This document shows positions 60,684-64,000 of a stretch of 64,000 nt of DNA, one piece after another. This DNA comes from an uncultured Collinsella sp. (lineage in GTDB: Bacteria > Actinomycetota > Coriobacteriia > Coriobacteriales > Coriobacteriaceae). The notes beneath the pieces were generated by a model. It was not told where the DNA came from. It did no database searches and saw only the letters and a list, made by a program, of their open reading frames with translations. The stretch covers positions 5,193 through 69,192 of the forward strand of contig CAUDCB010000001.1 of assembly GCA_958447915.1 (NCBI GenBank), written 5' to 3'. The position numbers were made by a program, and so were the translations under genes. Every line of letters begins with the position of its first letter. Position 1 is the first letter of the stretch.

Positions 60684-62564
60684 CTAAATCGTGGGAAACG
60701 CGACGACGTCAGCGGGGCGTGCCAACGTCTCGGCAATACGGTCTTGCACCTCGAGCAGACAGTCGAGCAGTAGCGGGTTAAAGGTGCCGCACTTACCGTC
60801 CAGGATCATCTGAATCGCCTCCTCGTGCGGGATGGCATCCTTGTACACGCGAACGCTCGTCAGCGCATCGTACACGTCGGCCACCGAAACTACCTGCGCG
60901 GCGATGGGGATATCGTCGCCCTTAAGGCCGTCGGGATAACCCTTGCCGTCCCAGCGCTCGTGGTGCCAACGCGCAATCTGGTACGCATATTCCATAAGCG
61001 CATTGCCGGCGTGATGGCGGCCCAGCTCATGCAGCATGTCGGCGCCGATCGTGGTATGCGTCTTCATAATCTCGAACTCCTCGGACGTGAGGCGCCCGGG
61101 CTTGTTGAGAATCGCATCGTCAATCGACATCTTGCCGATATCGTGCAGTGCCGAAGCCAGGGCAATCGTAGAGCGCTCCTCGTTGTCGAGGGAGATGCTG
61201 TCGCTACGGTGGACCAGGCAGCCAAGCAGCAGCTCGGTCAGCTTCTCGATGTTCGTAACGTGCCTGCCGCTCTCGCCATTGCGGAGCTCCATGACGCCGG
61301 CCATGATGTCGATGAGCATGCGGCTGTTCTTTACGCGCTCGTTGTACTGCTGGGACAGCAGGCTCGTCAGGCGGCGCTGTTTGGCGTACAGGCGGATGGT
61401 GTTGCTTACACGGCGGCGCACGACACGGGAGTCAAACGGGCGGTTGACATAGTCAGAGGCACCCAGCTCATACGCGCGCAGCACCACATCGTCGGAATCT
61501 TCGCTCGAGATCATGATGACAGGCAGATTGTCAATAATCGACCGGCGCGACAGATCGCCCAACACCTCAAAGCCGTTCATGCCCGGCATGACAATGTCCA
61601 GCAGCACGAGCGACAGCTCATCACCATAGCGGTCGACCATGTCGAGCGCTGCACGACCGCTATCGGCCTCGAGGATGCAATACTCGTCCTTGAGCATCTC
61701 GCTGAGAATAGCTCGGTTCATCTTGGAGTCATCGACGATAAGCACCGAAGGCTTTTCGCTTTGGAAGGCCTCGATGGAATCGGTATCGGTCATGACCGTA
61801 CCAGCTTTTGCCTTAGCGCGGCTCAATAATTGGACAGCGCGGCCAACGCCCTCATCGACCGTCTCGCCATTAATGCGAACGCCACCAACACATGCCGTCA
61901 AGCTAACACGCTCATGGCCCGGAATAACCGTGGAATGAACGGCATCGGATACGTGACGCAGACGACGGGCGAAATCATCGGAGGGGATATTGGGCATGAC
62001 GGCCACAAACTTATCGCAGCCATAGCGGACAAGCTCGTCAGTCGAACGAATACTGCTGCGTATGGCCGTCGCCACCGCACCGAGTGCAAGGTCGCCGGCA
62101 TGACGGCCACAGGTATCGTTGAAGACCCTAAAATCATCAAGGTCGATCATGCCCACACCGGCCTGCATGCGGGCGCTACGAAGCTTTTCCTCGTAATATC
62201 GGCGATTGCGCACGCTCGTCAGCACGTCGGTGTAGACAAGGTCCTCTTCTGCGGTCTCCTGTTCATCAATCGGACGCACCATCAGCAGGACGTGAGGCTC
62301 GCCCTCGACCTTCAGAGGGCGCAGGCGAGCGCGGTACTCAACGCCATCGTTGAGCAGCCGTTCCGACACCTCATCGGAACCTGCCAAGACCTCCAGACCT
62401 GACTGGCGCAGACAGGGACACCGATCGCCGGCGAGTAGGCAGTTAGGCTCGCTCTTAATCTGATCGGCCGACAGCAAACGTACCACGGGGTAGGTCTTCG
62501 CGACACGGGCGACCTCGGCGGCAGCCTCCTCGTCGGTTAGATTGGCCTCGTGATTATTGGGCAT
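60684..62564 (-). CDS. GGDEF(degenerate)-REC-HD-GYP signalling protein
   Basis: DVLT..RNRR, DLDDF..NDTCGRHAGD, RYGCDKF; REC LIVDD...LLDIVMP; HDIGK, HHERWDGKGYP. Confidence 0.88.
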   Translation of the reverse strand: MPNNHEANLTDEEAAAEVARVAKTYPVVRLLSADQIKSEPNCLLAGDRCPCLRQSGLEVLAGSDEVSERLLNDGVEYRARLRPLKVEGEPHVLLMVRPIDEQETAEEDLVYTDVLTSVRNRRYYEEKLRSARMQAGVGMIDLDDFRVFNDTCGRHAGDLALGAVATAIRSSIRSTDELVRYGCDKFVAVMPNIPSDDFARRLRHVSDAVHSTVIPGHERVSLTACVGGVRINGETVDEGVGRAVQLLSRAKAKAGTVMTDTDSIEAFQSEKPSVLIVDDSKMNRAILSEMLKDEYCILEADSGRAALDMVDRYGDELSLVLLDIVMPGMNGFEVLGDLSRRSIIDNLPVIMISSEDSDDVVLRAYELGASDYVNRPFDSRVVRRRVSNTIRLYAKQRRLTSLLSQQYNERVKNSRMLIDIMAGVMELRNGESGRHVTNIEKLTELLLGCLVHRSDSISLDNEERSTIALASALHDIGKMSIDDAILNKPGRLTSEEFEIMKTHTTIGADMLHELGRHHAGNALMEYAYQIARWHHERWDGKGYPDGLKGDDIPIAAQVVSVADVYDALTSVRVYKDAIPHEEAIQMILDGKCGTFNPLLLDCLLEVQDRIAETLARPADVVAFPTI

Positions 62565-62775
62565 ATGGGGCCCTTTCGATAGTTTCGCATGGTAGCGGTG
62601 GGTTCCAAATGTTACAAGAGTAGCACCTTGCCGATGCAGGTGGGCACGTGAATGCTGTTACATTTTTATGAGTTGGCAGACGGCGCGATTGAAGCCGCAG
62701 ACGTGAGGTTTTGAGCACATTTGTTAACACGGCCGAAACGTTTGCGGATGGAGCCTGCTTTGACTATTGCGGGTG

Positions 62776-63573
62776 CTAGAACCCCAGGATGCCACGGACA
62801 GCCCGGGCAGCCGCTGCCGGACGATCGCGCAGGCCGTTGTGCGCCCCGGGAATCGTTACGAGCGGACAGTCCAAAAGCTCAGCCGCCATCCTCGTGCCCG
62901 CCTCGCGGGGCGTGCCAATCGAGAGCTCGCCCAGGAGCACAGCGGCCACCGTTTTTGACGCGCGGACGCCATCCCAATTGGGAACGCAGGTCATAGTGAT
63001 CTCGTATTCGTTTGCCATGAAACTGCGACCGTTGCGCAGGGCATGCTTGGCTTCTGCCTCGGTTAACTTGGGGGCTTGAGGGTCCGAATCGCCGATGGCG
63101 CCCAGGAAGGCCCTTAATGCCCTCGAGACCTTTCCCGCAGCAATCATCTCGAGTAAAACCGGGGCCGCACCCAGGCCGGCGCCTTCGTTTGTCACGGCGG
63201 GTTCATGCAGAATCGCACGCGAGACAATGGTCGGGTTTGTACGGAGAAGCTCCAGGGTCACCAGCGTACCGGCACTGTGCGCGAGCACGTTTGCCGGAGC
63301 GCCAATATGCTCGATAACGGCCTGCAGGTCGGCGGCCTGGGCGACGAGGTCGTAGCGTCCGTCTGCAGCGTCGCCGCTCTCGCCGCAACCGCGGCGGTCG
63401 TAGGCAATAACGCGGTAGTCACAGGCGAGCTCGCGGGCGATGGCGTCAAAAAAGACGCCGTCGACGCAGGCGCCGTGCACGCACACCAAGGCAGGAGCAT
63501 CAGGCGACACATCCGGGCCGGCATATTCGCGACAGGCGATCGTGATGCCCGCATTCTCGACCGTAAAATCCAT
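62776..63573 (-). CDS. Alpha/beta hydrolase
   Basis: VHG, YDRRGCGES, AHSAG nucleophile elbow, C-terminal GAH. Confidence 0.88.
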   Translation of the reverse strand: MDFTVENAGITIACREYAGPDVSPDAPALVCVHGACVDGVFFDAIARELACDYRVIAYDRRGCGESGDAADGRYDLVAQAADLQAVIEHIGAPANVLAHSAGTLVTLELLRTNPTIVSRAILHEPAVTNEGAGLGAAPVLLEMIAAGKVSRALRAFLGAIGDSDPQAPKLTEAEAKHALRNGRSFMANEYEITMTCVPNWDGVRASKTVAAVLLGELSIGTPREAGTRMAAELLDCPLVTIPGAHNGLRDRPAAAARAVRGILGF

Positions 63574-63798
63574 ACTGTGTTCCCATCGTCAATGCCCATC
63601 CAGTTGCACGTCAGTACGGTTGGATAGACCCGCATTGCCTTACGCCTTGTTAACAGCTTAACTGTACCCGACCTGAGGCTTTTCATGGCACGGCATCATG
63701 AGCGACGTGAAAAAACGAAACTTGTAAAGCAAGAGCCCGCGCCTTGCTTTGGAGCCGATGCTATGCTTAGGCGCAATAGTCTTGAGGAGCATATGCCT

Positions 63799-64000
63799 AT
63801 GTCTACGTTTTTGAATGCCAGCCCCATCTTTGGGCCCGTTCGCAGCCGTCGCCTTGGTCTCTCGCTCGGCGTCAACATGATGCCGGCCAGCGGCAAAATC
63901 TGCACGTTCGACTGCGTTTACTGCGAAAACGGCCTCAACGCCGAGCGCCCCTGCCACGAGTCGTATAACACGGCTGCCGTGGTGCTCGATGCACTCGAGG
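63799..64000 (+). CDS. Radical SAM Fe-S oxidoreductase (5' part, runs off window)
   Basis: [26 protein letters not shown] and CTFDCVYC CxxxCxxC. Confidence 0.88.
   Translation, partial: MSTFLNASPIFGPVRSRRLGLSLGVNMMPASGKICTFDCVYCENGLNAERPCHESYNTAAVVLDALE

Noticed and set aside
62647..62663. CRP-like site (CGTGA-n6-TTACA) upstream of the HD-GYP gene
   Set aside because: A single degenerate match could arise by chance

Overview
High-GC actinobacterial chromosome segment, most consistent with Coriobacteriaceae (Collinsella-like; inferred from gene content, not from a search). It is mostly core genome: asnB-murE-HAD-murI-rph-rdgB-dtd, tRNA-Val(TAC), argCJBD with tandem ARG boxes, an FMN-riboswitch-controlled RibU ECF transporter followed by two flavin-binding paralogs, groES-groEL with a degenerate CIRCE, an LTA-synthase-family gene, two amidohydrolases, amaP-DUF2273-asp23, yebC, lgt, coaX, an OPT transporter, a TetR plus 1592-aa CoA-activase fusion, amtB-glnK, dxs, a polar amino-acid ABC operon with a PuuD-like hydrolase, and a GGDEF-REC-HD-GYP plus Hpt module. 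I found no integrase, transposase, phage gene, cas gene or CRISPR array. The unexplained signal is mostly non-coding. It includes a four-copy 15-bp motif array with exact 40-bp period and alternating orientation, a tRNA-3'-end duplication, a MITE-like element, a dispersed GGGACAG-core hairpin family, and several 78-145 bp palindromes. Also present are a decayed znuA/adcA remnant behind a His/Cys-motif small protein, GlnR-like 11-bp repeats shared by two nitrogen-uptake operons, and a candidate structured leader on the OPT gene. Start codons were adjusted to visible RBS sites where the ORF track overextends. No computations or database searches were run.
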